Below are positions 13,350-27,329 of a stretch of DNA of 64,000 nucleotides, in pieces. Location: the NCBI GenBank assembly GCA_964016885.1, contig OZ024740.1, forward strand, positions 358,856,001-358,920,000. The letters are read 5' to 3'. Within the stretch, counting starts at the first letter, position 1. Each line of letters starts with the position of its first letter. Under the pieces are notes generated by a model, which was given only the letters and a program-made list of their open reading frames with translations, had not been told where the DNA came from and ran no database searches. This DNA is from Eledone cirrhosa (lineage: Eukaryota). Both the position numbers and the translations under genes were made by a program.

Positions 13350-14450
13350 ATGGGGACATATGCAATATTCAGCACACTCCTTCCTTTTTAACTCTGTAGT
13401 CTTGAGTTTATGTATTGAAGCTCTCTGATCCAACTTGAATGCATGTGAAACTCAGGGTACTTGCTTCATTTGTATTTGAGGAAAAAGCACTTTACCGCAA
13501 GTTATAATTAATGGAATAGTATCAGAGGGGAAACCCTGCTGTGAATAAAATCCTGCTAGTGATCACACAACTTATTTTTTAAAGATGATACTCTAACTCA
13601 ACACGCAATGTAGTCTTCAAATCCTGTCTTACAGCTTTGCCTCCGTATAAGTACACGTCTATTGATTCATCGCTCACTCTTCGCATGACGATGTATCTTC
13701 CTAGCATATCCCTTTATCTATATCTATCATGCCTTCTATGAACCTGCGTGTTAATGATGACTAATATGTTTAACAATTAATAGAAATGTATGATGCCTTA
13801 AGACATTAATCTGGAATTATTTGAAGTTTCATCAAGTATTAATTTTGATTACCATATTTTCTAATGAAGTATCATCGATGTTTTACTAAGACATAATTAT
13901 GATACACAAGCCAATTTGGGGGTAACCAAGTGTCCAAGCTGTATTCTATTTCTTAGTTCGAATCAGAAGCAGGCGAGTTCACCTTCCATCCATCCGTTTA
14001 TCGATAAAATGAGTTCAATTAAAGTACAGTAGCTGATATAATCGTCTAACTTCATCACCACATGTCTTTGCGCTAATGTAACAATTCAATAGATAATTCC
14101 GCTGTAAAGAATACAAATAAAAATATCTTTTCGATAATGCACACAGAGGTTCCAATATTTATAACACAAACCACAATTACTTTAATTCAAATCTCATTAG
14201 TTGCATACCATATCGCCCAAGCTGAACGCCATTCAACATTTCCATCTTTAGTCAGTCTTATTGTATTTCGATCTCCAGCTACCACAATAAGCACTGAATG
14301 CCTTTCTACCTCAAACAAATTCTTATTACTAGTTACCTTCTTTCATGCCGACATTGTCTTCGAGATGTTTAAAACGAGCATAAATCATATTGATCTTCCA
14401 GGTCTCACTGGGCATTCTTAGAAATGAACAGAGCGATATAAGAAAGATCC
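13350..14450 (-). pseudogene. Class C GPCR (mGluR-like) pseudogene, cysteine-rich domain and 7TM exon
   Basis: Acceptor TATCTTTCAG at 14451; RSVHF*ECP resembles SVCS.PC; NVEWRSAWAI..VIVVCV resembles LEW.S.WA plus TM1; YSINYNLR..SNTNEASTLSFTC resembles YA.KTR..ENFNEAK.I.FTM. Many stops; an old SINE lies at about 13960-14090. Confidence 0.6.
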
Positions 14451-15048
14451 CTGAAAGATACAGATACTAATAATCAAATTCCATAGTCAGGATTCCAGAA
14501 AAATTTCCAAAATTAATTTATTATGTTAGAAAACAATATTTTGCTAGATAATTAAAAAGGGAATATCTCCACCGTAAGTTGTTTTAATTCTTTTAGATTT
14601 CTGTTCTAAACACTACAGATTACATTTCTGCAAAACAAACATTTCTTTCACACAAATTCAACTTTTTACAATCCACTCTTCCATTTATATTTAAAGATTA
14701 ATGTTGATTCTAATTTAATAAATCTGAATAGGAATTTTTAAATTAAAATTGATATACGTCAAGATATTCCTCTTCCTCTTTACTAATTCTCAATCTTGTA
14801 GCCGCATCTTTGCGTAGCGTGGATTCAGGTAAAATGACACAGGCGGCAAATGTTTTCTTCATTATGTTTTACGTTTTGTCTTAATATTGAGAAAGTAAGA
14901 TCCAACTGCATTCTATTATGTAATTTAGTTTTGGAGAAAGTTAATCATGAAAATACACTTTCAGCCGTTACATTGCTTAGTGGCATACTGTAAACATTGA
15001 ATGAGTAACATGACAAATTGTATAACAAAGGTTCGATCTTTGTGTTAC

Positions 15049-15330
15049 TCATATGTGTCCCATATTTCTAGTGAATGTTTCTCAAACTCACTCGAAACAA
15101 ATGTCATAAAAGTGAAATAAATAATCGCATCTGAGTACTCATTCAAATAGAAGGTGCCTTTCGAAAATGTAATATTAATGCGAGTGGTTAATGGCCCGCT
15201 TGATTTTTTTATTGCACAGTTACATGTCTCTAACTCTTCTGTTGGGGAAAGTGGTATCATTTTCTATGGTTCCTATCCAACATTCATTAATTTCTGCATT
15301 TCCATGCCAGATTCTCTTCAAAGCGCTGGT
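15049..15330 (-). pseudogene. Class C GPCR pseudogene exon (end of Venus flytrap domain)
   Basis: AG/GT-bounded 282 nt; RINITFSKGTFYLNEYSDAIIYFTFMTF..EIWD resembles NVTF...F.FN..GD....Y.I.NF....VG.W. Confidence 0.55.
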
Positions 15331-15553
15331 CTGTAGAACAAGCTGCAGGTTTCCCTTAAAAGATTATAAATCTCCGTCTCTTTCCATAGCAAAACGGTTT
15401 TCATATTCATGCCTACATCACTCAATTACATTTATATGATCTGATATTAATATTGCAGCAAAACCTTTTGTTATATGAATTTATCCTAAAAGCTTAGATA
15501 AAATCATATTTTGACGAATATTATATCTAATATATATACGCACGCACGCGCGT

Positions 15554-16288
<735 letters not shown>

Positions 16289-16372
16289 CAGGCCGATCAG
16301 GCACTGAATATTTTAGAAAATATCATATATTGTCACTAGCTCTGACAGTTGACAGATGAACAGTGAACTGCA

Positions 16373-16403
16373 CTAATGAAGGGTAATACCCAGAAACATT
16401 ACA
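16373..16403 (+). ncRNA. Degenerate minimal hammerhead ribozyme motif
   Basis: CTAATGA-A-GGGT-AAT-ACCC-A-GAAAC; G5 is mutated. Confidence 0.4.
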
Positions 16404-16495
16404 TGATCAAAAATGAGGGGCTCAATCTACTGACATGGGTTTTTAAAAAAATCGAATATTATTATTAATATTCGAAAAACTCATATTACATTTAT

Positions 16496-16527
<32 letters not shown>

Positions 16528-16601
16528 AGTGTGCGTGTTTGTGTGTGTGTGCGTGTTTGTGTATGTGTGAGTGTGGGTGTGTGTGTATGTGTGTGTGTGT
16601 A

Positions 16602-16770
16602 AGGAAAATAAATTGAAAATGCAACTGAAAAGCATAAGAACTCTGAAACCGGTAAAGGAAACAAATAAATATTCTTTAAAAGACTCCATTTGCATTTTAG
16701 ATTTCTTTTCTTTATACTTTTCACTCGTGTAGATCTCGTTTGTTTTTAATTAAAAAAACTCATTTTCTTA
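16602..16770 (+). mobile_element. pLTR family D copy (also 30768-30970 and 34047-34267)
   Basis: Shared GAAACCGGTAAAGG..GACTCCA.TTGCATTTT..TTCACTCGTGTAG; ends at (TA)n. Confidence 0.7.
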
Positions 16771-16865
16771 TATATATATATGCATATATATACATATATG
16801 CATATATATATACGAATGTATATGCATGTGTATGTGTCTGTGAGTGCATACACACACACACTTAC

Positions 16866-17002
<137 letters not shown>

Positions 17003-17004
17003 AC

Positions 17005-18005
17005 TTTGATAGGTGTCGGCCAGTATTGGTCCAGGCCATGTCAAACTTAATAACAACACTTGGTGAAATCTTTCAAATCAGGATCTAGACACTATGGCCC
17101 ACTCAAGCATAGAGTTATTTTTTACGGTGACATATCCGGAGATAGGAGCTTTATCTGAGATTTCTTGGAGGAATTTGTCAAATGACGTTTTGTAATTTAT
17201 GGGATCTGTTTCTGTTTTAATGTGTTTTGGTGTAATGTTAAAGACAACGAGACCAGTTCAGGTGAAATAACTGTACCGTATTACATTTTGCTGTGGGCGG
17301 ATAGCACGGTACTCAAGCCTTATGTGTACTTTAAATATGCTGCCAACATCATTTGGGCAATGCTGATGGAATATCTTCCACATCATGCAGATAATTTAGC
17401 GCTCAAGGCTGCGTTGGAGAGAATAGAATTTGAGCTTTTCTAATCGACCCAATAGTCAAGGCCTGTCATGCCCTCTATCTCTTTGTGGTTGATCTTTGAG
17501 GGGCTTCAATTTTCATAATACTTTGTTTCGTCTGGGGAGACCACAGTGGACAAAATTATTCAAAGTGGAGTCGGGGAAAATTAGACAAGAGAAAGATAAT
17601 GGTGTGGATATCACTCGACTGAAAAGTTCTGAGTATCCAGGAACACATTCTGCCGGCCATATCAACTTTGCTATTTATATGAGTGGCCCAGCTTATGTTG
17701 TCATCGACAATTACTCCCAAGTCTCTGATGTTGTTGGATACCACGAGGGTTTCACCCGTGGGAAGGAAGGGGATATGAGAGTTTCAGTACATCATCTTTT
17801 CCAACGTGGATTAATTCAAATTTATCCTCGTTCAGCAGCATATTGTTTTTTTACCGTCCATTAGATAACAGCAAGTAGATCTGAATGAAGGCATGTCCGG
17901 TCACCCACTCCATTGTTGACCTTCTGGAGCTTGGAATTATCTGCAAAGATTCTTATGTTGCTGTGCAAAGATTCTTATGTGCAAAGATTTTTATGTTGCT
18001 GTGCT
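17005..18005 (-). pseudogene. CR1-group LINE, 5'-truncated RT C-terminus and 3' UTR
   Basis: HSNIRIFADNSKL (YADD-equivalent), IRDLGVIVDDNISWATHIN..ILRTF, PRLHFE. Confidence 0.85.
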
Positions 18006-18061
18006 TAAAAAATAATAAATAAAAATAATAATAATATTTAAAAAATAATAATAATAATAAA

Positions 18062-18459
18062 TAGAGTCTAAGGCAGCATGCTGTTTACGAAGGACCAACT
18101 CCTAAACAAATAAGACGAACTTGTAACTGCATGTAAACAACGATTGCGTAGGACCTACCTCGCCCTCAAACCCCCTCATGACCCGGGTGGGTAGACAATG
18201 GCTGCAACATCCTTCTTTTCTGCACTTGCCGAACAAGATAGGGGGAAATCCCAGCTTACATAGGTAGATGCACTTCTTTTCTTTTTTCCCTTTATCTCTT
18301 CTTCTCACTTCCTTCCAGACCCTCTCCTCTTCTTTTTCCTCTTTTTTCTTTCCCCTACCCCGAGGCAGCACTTCGGGCTTTTGTAGCCTCAGTAAATTCT
18401 ATATAGCACTGGCCGAAAACACAATACCAGCATAAATATAGCAGCTGCTTTAGACTCTA
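18062..18459. mobile_element. ~400-bp non-coding element with 16-bp terminal inverted repeats
   Basis: TAGAGTCTAAGGCAGC (18062-18077) versus GCTGCTTTAGACTCTA (18444-18459), 1 mismatch; flanked by (AAT)n on the left and T/(ATT)n on the right. Confidence 0.55.
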
Positions 18460-18622
18460 GTTTTTTTTTTATTATTTAATTTTTTTATATTATTATTATT
18501 TTTATTTATTATTTTATAATTGTTTAATCTCAATTTATTAACCTTTTAATTTTATAACTTCCCACTCTCAGATTCCTCCAGAATTGCTTTTTCGCCTGCT
18601 TTGTGTGTCTGTGCGTGTGTCT

Positions 18623-19337
<715 letters not shown>

Positions 19338-19625
19338 CATAGGTTAAGTTTAACGTCTTAGATAATGAAAGTATATTTTCTGACAAGTGAATGTGTTTTT
19401 TTTGTTTTTTTTTTTACAGTGACAGTTACGATACAGTTTGTTTATTTACAACAGGTCTCTATAGTGATATGGTGTTAATTAGTATTGCGTGTGTGATTAT
19501 TTTTTCTTTTTCTTTTTTTGTGTATTTTGTGTACGGAAAATGACATTGTGTGTTGAAAGAAATACATTTTTTTTAAATAACTACTTAGTTAGACGTTTGT
19601 TGCATATAACATATAAATTGACGTA

Positions 19626-20047
19626 CCTTATCAACATCCTTATTAGACTGTATAAATAGCTGAAATACAGTTGATCATCTCGAATGTTAAACTTAACGTA
19701 TTTGGCGAGATGATCAACTGTATTTCAGCTATTTATACAGTCTAATAAGGATGTTGATAAGGCAGTTCGTTCGGAGCAAATTTTCTCACAGTGAGAAAAT
19801 TTGCTCCGAACGAACTGCCCGTATCCGAAGGAACCTGCAGCCGAAGAATCAGCCAGATCCATACAGTGATCATGTCTCGAACTACCTGCCGGCGAAACAA
19901 TTGTAACACGCAATAAACTGAGTCCAGTTGCATCACTGATTTTTCGTTTTTTTATACTATTCACACTCTGCTCTGTATGAATATTGAGTGCTAATTTTGG
20001 CATATCGCCTATGGAAGCACCATAGCTAACATTCATTATACACACGT
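19626..20047 (+). mobile_element. pLTR family G copy preceded by two perfect palindromes
   Basis: 19848-20047 is homologous to 31051-31264 and to 31698-31768 (minus); contains GAAAC-AATT-GTA; ends at (TA)n. Confidence 0.65.
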
Positions 20048-20050
20048 ATA

Positions 20051-20084
<34 letters not shown>

Positions 20085-20154
20085 TTTTTTGCCCGTTAAA
20101 CTCTTGCCTTTCTTGAGGAGATTTTTCAAATATATCACTATGTTTTAAATTGCC

Positions 20155-20215
20155 TTGCCCGATGAACGAATGAGGACGTTTTTCGTATTCGTCTTATTCG
20201 GGAAACCTCTGGCGA
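20155..20215 (+). ncRNA. Hammerhead-like motif with CCGATGA core
   Basis: TTGC-CCGATGA-A-(CGAATGA-G-GACG..CGTC-TTATTCG)-G-GAAAC..GCGA; helix III is degenerate. Confidence 0.4.
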
Positions 20216-20325
20216 TGAGGTAATTATATTGTATTGTTTATTATACATTAAATTTAGCTCTGGTAGGTACTTACGTAGAGCACTCTTCACTCCTATGACT
20301 TTTTCAATTTTCAACGGAAACTTCA

Positions 20326-20420
<95 letters not shown>

Positions 20421-21414
20421 TATATATATATAGGAACGAGTAGGACCCCGACGGCTGAGCTCAAGCCGTTTCGACTGCTAATTCTGGATTAAATGAACAT
20501 TTTTATCCTGGTATATGAATAGCCGAGCTTCTAAGGGGGTAATTCCATATATGGTAAAAGTGATTGTCACAAGGATTACATACCACATTTCCTTCGTTAT
20601 ATATATATATATATATCTAGGGCCGATAAAATTCCCGAGATCAATATATACATATATTCATGTATATATGTATATATATTCCTTTTTCATTGGCTGATCA
20701 ATTTGAGAATGAAAGAGAGAGGGGGTGGGGGAGAGGACTCTAGTTGGAAAAACATATTATTCTTCTTTAATTCGAAAAGTAATTAAATATATATTTATTT
20801 TTTCATTTTACTTTAAATAAAGAAGTAGCTTTTGTAGAAATCATGAAATTTCCAGCAAGAAGAAATCATGAATTTTCCAGCAAGGCTTCCTTGTCTTGCA
20901 AAGCAAATAGTATAATGAATGTAAAATCAATTTACATTACCTGGAAAATTCGAACAATAAAATTGAGATCCCCCAATAACTGGGAAAATGGGCGGACTTT
21001 TCTTTACGAGAGCAATCACAAGAATTCAGTTTAGAGAGACTTGTGAATGAGTGTTATAATTAAAAGTTTCTGTTTTGAATTCATTAATATGACTTTGCTA
21101 TATGGAAATCGTGACGACCAATTAAAAACAAAATGTATTGGCACAGTAGAATTTGTTAATATATGTAGTATAAGCACTGTGTCTAACAAGTTACACACTG
21201 AAAATTGAGAAGAGGGAAATCATGTAAAAAGGTATTCGGTAATTACAATAGGTAATTACAATGAGCCACCACTCCAATTTCAGCTCTCCTTCTCTCTCTC
21301 ACCCTCTATCTATCTATCTCCGTCCCTTTATTTATCTCTCTTTCTCAAATATACACACACAGACACAGCCCCTATGTATATATATATATATAAATATATA
21401 TATATATACACATA

Positions 21415-21574
21415 TGTAGCGACCCTTAGGGTAAAAAAAGGATCGACCTTGCTTAACGTCGGTGATCGGACGAGAACCGGTGTTTACGGCCATATCACGC
21501 TGAAAACACCGGTTCTCGCCCGATCACCGAAGTTAAGCAACGTCGATCCTTTTTTTACCCTCGGGGTCCCTACA
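21415..21574. mobile_element. Fold-back element in (TA)n built from a 5S rRNA fragment
   Basis: 71-bp arms (21415-21485 and 21504-21574) with about 6 mismatches and an 18-nt spacer. Confidence 0.8.
21482..21546 (+). pseudogene. 5S rRNA 5' fragment (nt 1-65)
   Basis: GTTTACGGCCATATCACGCTGAAAACACCGGTTCTCGCCCGATCACCGAAGTTAAGCAACGTCGA closely matches the mollusc-type 5S 5' half. It has the A-box but lacks the IE and C-box, and is followed by T7. Confidence 0.9.
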
Positions 21575-22270
21575 CATATATACATACATACATATATATA
21601 TATGTGTATATATATATATATAGTAGGGTTCAGTCTATGGTTAAATACACTTACAATTTTCTGCGACGGGGATCGGATTAGGAATCACGTGGTTTGCAAT
21701 CAACGTTTTTAACTCATGGCTATGTATTTTACTTATATTATTCGATCTAAATTCCTTTATGAACACATTTCCAGAGGTATAAGACTCCGCCAAGAATATT
21801 TTCCCTATACACATAGACTTAAAATAAAGTCAATGACTTGCAAATATTACAATTACATCCCTTGTTGAAAATAACTTATGAAAGATAGTTGATAATCCTT
21901 TACACGAAATGTTTAGTACTGAAAATGTTTTGGGACGTTTGTGTATTTGTATCTTTAAAATGGGACACCTTAGGAAGTCTAAACACGTTATTCATTTATA
22001 TTTCATGATACAGCTTATACTTTTATATGTATGTGATTTTAGATGAATCTGGCGCTAGTCCAGTGTCACACGATATGTAACTGTTTCATTTTGAGAATAG
22101 TTTGCTTTTCACCAAACAAATCCATCTTCAGTTTCTCTAAGATATAAAAGAGCCACATTTCACTTGTACTTGTTACGCTTTCAGTTTCTGCCCACATATA
22201 TTAATATCCTCTTGTAAAACCAAATCTCGAAATAATCAAGAGAATATATTAAATGATGTCACCTACTTAC

Positions 22271-22930
22271 ATGCCTCAAGAACTTTATGACATTTTAAAA
22301 ATGATTCTTCATCTGTCATATTAATAGGGGATGTTTTTGCAGAAGTCCTACTTTGATTTTATACACTGCCATAATGACATCGACATACAATACGTTTATC
22401 ACAAACTTTTGCCATTTATTTATAAGAACTCATTCTATTGTACTGGTCACTATTATCGTTTTCGTCGTAATTAGACATGCACTCTTAATTATGAATCGTT
22501 TCATCATCTTTCATAGAATGAACGTCATTATCAATGTAAAAGTCGTCTTTGACATTCACTGACGGATTCTAATGGTCTAACCTTATAAGTTTCTCTCTTG
22601 ACACTTTTAAACTCATCGTTTTGTCCATCTTTATCTCTGAACATAGTCAAAGACCAGAAGATATGCTAATGCGTATGCAGAGGCAGAATTAGGTAATCGA
22701 TCTCTTTTATTTGCAACTGCATACATGGCATTCTTCCCAGTACATATTGTTTCGAAGTCTATTCTTGACCCCCAGCAGCCATTCAAGAGAGTATATTTGT
22801 ATTCAGGGATCAATGATCTAAGGATTTTTGGTCACATGGCGTAATCAATAATGTCATATATGGGGAAATTTCAGTGCAAAAAAATCGTATTCAATAAGTA
22901 GACGTTGTACTCTGCAGTGGACTCGAGATG
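22271..22930 (-). pseudogene. Class C GPCR pseudogene exon (Venus flytrap lobe 2)
   Basis: TTTTGTAACAG acceptor and GTAAGT donor bound 660 nt; FFC..YTLLNGCWGSR resembles CFC..SDGW..R; QKFVINVLY..AVYKSK*DFC resembles VQFVIDAVYA.A.AL..M..DLC; frameshifted. Confidence 0.6.
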
Positions 22931-23508
22931 CTGTTACAAAATATTTCTCAAGTTAAGCAGGAAAATGCTGTTCGTTAGTATAATAATGTGCTAAAAAATT
23001 TATTCTAACTTTAACCCATCACTGATGCAGGAGTTTATATACGACAGGAAGTTTACACTTAAGTGATCTAGTTTCAAATGAGATAATCGTGATTATCTCA
23101 TTCGAAACTATATCAGATTTGAAATGGTTGCTGATTAACGACTTTCTGCTAAAGCATAACCAATTGCATGAAGAAAAATTGATTTGAAATATATATTATA
23201 GCTTTTAAAGAATATATTTTCAGAAATTTTATGCTCAAATTTCATTCAAACTAAAAATACCTGCTCTTTGCAATTAAATTATTAATGTGTTTGAATAAAT
23301 AAAATAGGAATTTCTACTTAATATTGTTATGTGGAACGAAACAGAAAATTCTAATTGAGTATAAAAATTTACATCAACTGTCTGCTAATTTATACAAACA
23401 GAAGCCTGGTTAAAGAAGCATTCGACTATCAAATATAAAAACATCTTAACTATAACATTTTAAAATATCTACTTATTTCTATCACTTACCACTTACTATC
23501 CCCCTCTC

Positions 23509-23629
<121 letters not shown>

Positions 23630-23644
23630 ATATTTTTTTATACG

Positions 23645-23830
23645 AGGGTTATGCTGCCAATATAATCACACGCACCTGTCACTTCAATTTATCATGAATT
23701 TATAATTAATTGACATGAAAACCCAGATGTGCGTGCCTTTTTATTGGCAGCATGACCCTCCCAAAGTATAACAATATCTCTTCAACTCACGTTTTCAGAT
23801 GAGAAATCTTGCAAAACAAATTAAAAAACA
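23645..23830 (+). mobile_element. pLTR family C fragment with 5' inverted segment
   Basis: GAGGGTTATGCTGCCAAT versus ATTGGCAGCATGACCCTC; homologous to 31560-31672 and 37570-37633. Confidence 0.7.
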
Positions 23831-23884
23831 AAGTATATACATACATGTGTGTGTCTGTGTGTGTGTGTTTGTGTGTGTTTATGA

Positions 23885-23916
<32 letters not shown>

Positions 23917-23945
23917 GGCGAGTAAAATTCCCGAGATAAATATAC

Positions 23946-24110
<165 letters not shown>

Positions 24111-24122
24111 ATACTATATATA

Positions 24123-24890
24123 TGAAGGGGTTGCATATCGAACAGTTTATACGTGTGTTTATGAATAAACATTTGAAAACCTTTAGCTATGAATTTGAAA
24201 GATGGTGGATTTTGCCACCACCTACTTCCAGCAGAGGTACGTGGGGGTATAATTGACAGTTGTTTCTGGCTGTGTGGTCGTTATCAAGGTTACGAACCCC
24301 TTTCCTGCCTCATATCGGAACTGAAATAAGCCGCAAACATTTAGTTTTAACACCTATGTCTATAGGCTGATTAGCCTCATTTGCATGCGGAGCATTAGGC
24401 TGGCTGATCACCCTGAACAAGAAATTAAATTACGGTCTTCGCTCCAGCATAGTTGTACACATTCATGTATGTTTACGAATAAATATTTGAATGCCTTTAG
24501 CTATGAAATTTCCTATTTGAGTGGCGGCGACGGCCACCTTTAAAATTCATAGCTATTTCTTGTTCAGGCCGGGCTAGGCTAATGAGGTTAATCAGTCCTT
24601 AAAGATAAGCGTTAAAACTATGTTTGGAGCTCATTTGAATTCCCGTGTGAATCAAGGAAAGGTGTGCGTAACCTTGACAACAGCCACACAGCCAAAACCA
24701 GCGATCAGTTGCTTCCCCCCGATTGATTCTGCTGGCACTATTTCTTGTTCAGACCAAGCCAGCCTAATGCTCCGTATGCCAATGAGGCTAATCAGCTCGT
24801 ATACATAAGCTTTAAAACTATATGTTTGTGGCATATACACATTTTACATACATGAATGTATATAGCTATGTTGGAGTGAATACCATTATT
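24123..24890. mobile_element. Mosaic of direct and inverted copies of one pLTR-like unit with two hammerhead-like motifs
   Basis: 24225-24425 is inverted relative to 24555-24830; motifs at 24251-24291 (-) and 24670-24710 (+). Confidence 0.6.
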
Positions 24891-24904
24891 CTATTTACTG
24901 TATA

Positions 24905-25088
24905 GGCGCTGGATTGGCAGTATCGGTAGAGGGTCGGACGCCATGCTTTCTAGCATACGCCCCTTTACGATCTGAGTTCAAATCCCGCCGAAGTTGACTT
25001 TGCCTTTCATCCTTACGGGGTCGATAAAATAAAGTACCAGTAATGCACTGGGTAATTGCTGGCCTTGTGCCTAAAGTAGAAACAATTA
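24905..25088 (+). mobile_element. tRNA-derived SINE, full length
   Basis: A and B boxes; 19-bp TSD ATTATTCTATTTACTGTAT (24885-24903 and 25085-25103). Confidence 0.95.
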
Positions 25089-26362
25089 TTCTATTTACTG
25101 TATGTATATTTTGGCACAAATCAATATATTCCTCTCACAAAAGACTGCAATTTATTTTAGTTCAAAGTTACTGACCGATAAACATTAAAAAAAACGAAAG
25201 AATAAACAAAAAAGAAACAAATATAAGTTTACACGAGTGTTTGCGTGAGTAATTGTAAGGCAGATGATGCAGACAAAATGTGAGAAAAAGAGAAAATGAA
25301 AGATACAGATTTTCAGTTCTTCATATAATTTGGTTTTAATTGAATAAATTCGTTGTAAACTCAATCGAAACCATTACTAGTTATAGTTTATAATCAATCA
25401 CTGAACAATTGATGCTAGCATCGAAAATTAAATGATGATAAATTTGAACATAATGTGTTTGCATGTATTGCTTGTTTCTAATTTTGTCAGTCAGCGTATA
25501 TATTAATTCAAATTGAATATTGATAATATTAGTTGACATAACGATAATAAATCAACGTTATCTTTTATACCTATATTATATTTTGCTATGTTAGTCTCGA
25601 CTCATCGTTCAGTCACCCATTTTATCTCAATTTCTATTTCTATACATTATTTTACACGTAAAAAAACATATTTAAGCGTACAAATTCACTACAATAAATT
25701 GTAAAATATCATTGATATTTGAAACAACAATAAATACTTGGGTTTCGTGAGTCAATAATTCATACGGTATTGTATTTATATTTGTTGTGAAATATATTGA
25801 AGTTTACATTTAGAATCTGCGACAGCAACTTTTGTATAAAATTATCTTACAAACGTGTCATTAAATTTGATTTATTACGAATTATTTATTTCGCTTTTTA
25901 TCAGATAACGTAGAATCAAATTTCCCTGACTCTTTAACGGATAGCTTCATGAATAATGGACAAGAGAGTAAATAATTTATTAAACCTTCACGTGTATTAA
26001 TAATTAAACTTTGTTACAAGTATGTTGTTGAGTTTCTGTCCAAAAACTTAATTCACTTCGTTTAACTGTCCATATTTGACTTTTTACAGATTAACTTTCT
26101 AGGGTATATTATCAGATTATCTAAACGAAAATTATATTCAAGCACTCTGTTGAACTAACCGATTTTGTGAATAGGGTAATCTTAAATTTAAAAGCAAATA
26201 CAATTTAAAAGCAAATACCTAGAGAACAGCAAATTCGATGTAAATATTTTTCGAGAAATTTAAATTTACTAAATGTTACTAATTATAAGATACATATATA
26301 TTTACTTCTTACAAGAGACGAGACATGGATACATTCGAAAATTAATCTCACATAATGATTAC

Positions 26363-26860
26363 GTAGGGTAGTATATCCTTGAATTAGAACAATGCAAACG
26401 CGTAAAGCTTGGTATACAGAAATGGGTGAAATAATGCGATTATTCCTAGTAATTTAGATTTCACAGAAAATAACATGTATGCCTGTTCGAAACCCAACAC
26501 GGATTCCGAATATTTATTGATATCTTCATCCATTTCCTATTCATACATTGGACGGGCGATGAACATTGAGATGTTGCCTTTTTGGAGATTGTATTTTCTA
26601 TCTATCTGCAGGGAACCCGGGGCTATATTATTCAAACTATTTTTCTCATGAGGATTTGACTGCAATTTTTAGCATGTCGGATGACTACATTAAAACTTCT
26701 GTAATTTTGAGTAAGGAAAGAGTTAGTAAAAAATTCAGCAGTGTATGATATATGATGGAAAAGACTTTCATCCAGTTAGCATTGCCTGCGTAAATCTTTG
26801 ATTAGAAGTATCACGACTGTGGTCACACTCCCTTGTTTGATACAATAGGATGTCTTTTTA
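26363..26860 (-). pseudogene. Class C GPCR pseudogene segment (Venus flytrap lobe 1)
   Basis: PIV..GV*PQS resembles GVIGP.SS; HHISYT..NYRSFNVV resembles PQISY..Y.YF.RVVP; KYSESVLGF..LGIIA resembles YGESG..AF..GICIA. Confidence 0.5.
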
Positions 26861-27329
26861 GGAAAACTTGTTTTTACTTGCAAGTCGAATGAGAAAGTAA
26901 AGGATCTGACGTTGGTCTGTGTTGTAATACTTGTTGTAACACTAGAATTTTACTTTGTGCGTGCTATTGTTAATGTTGTCGTTTATCCCCAGATAATCTC
27001 CGACCAGTGATCGAAATCCTATCATCAAAATTATTCCAGTTCAGACAATCCCATTTTGTTTTTACATATAAAATACATTATCAAAAGTGTTCTTCTTTAT
27101 AACACTGACATTTCCTCTTCGATTCCTGGAGGTTCTAGTCAGATGATCTATCGGTTTGTCTGTGAGATTCTTTTATGGTTATATATGTAGCTCTGCGTTT
27201 TCCGTCCACCGCAACACCCTTGTGATGCTATGGATTATTTGAAGATATGTTTCTATAAGTCAAGATTACATTGAGTTAGCTAACAAAGAATAAATAATTA
27301 AAAAAATTGACATTTGGCATTGTTCGATA

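Noticed and set aside
21482-21546. Functional 5S rRNA gene
   Set aside because: Only 65 of about 120 nt are present, without the C-box.
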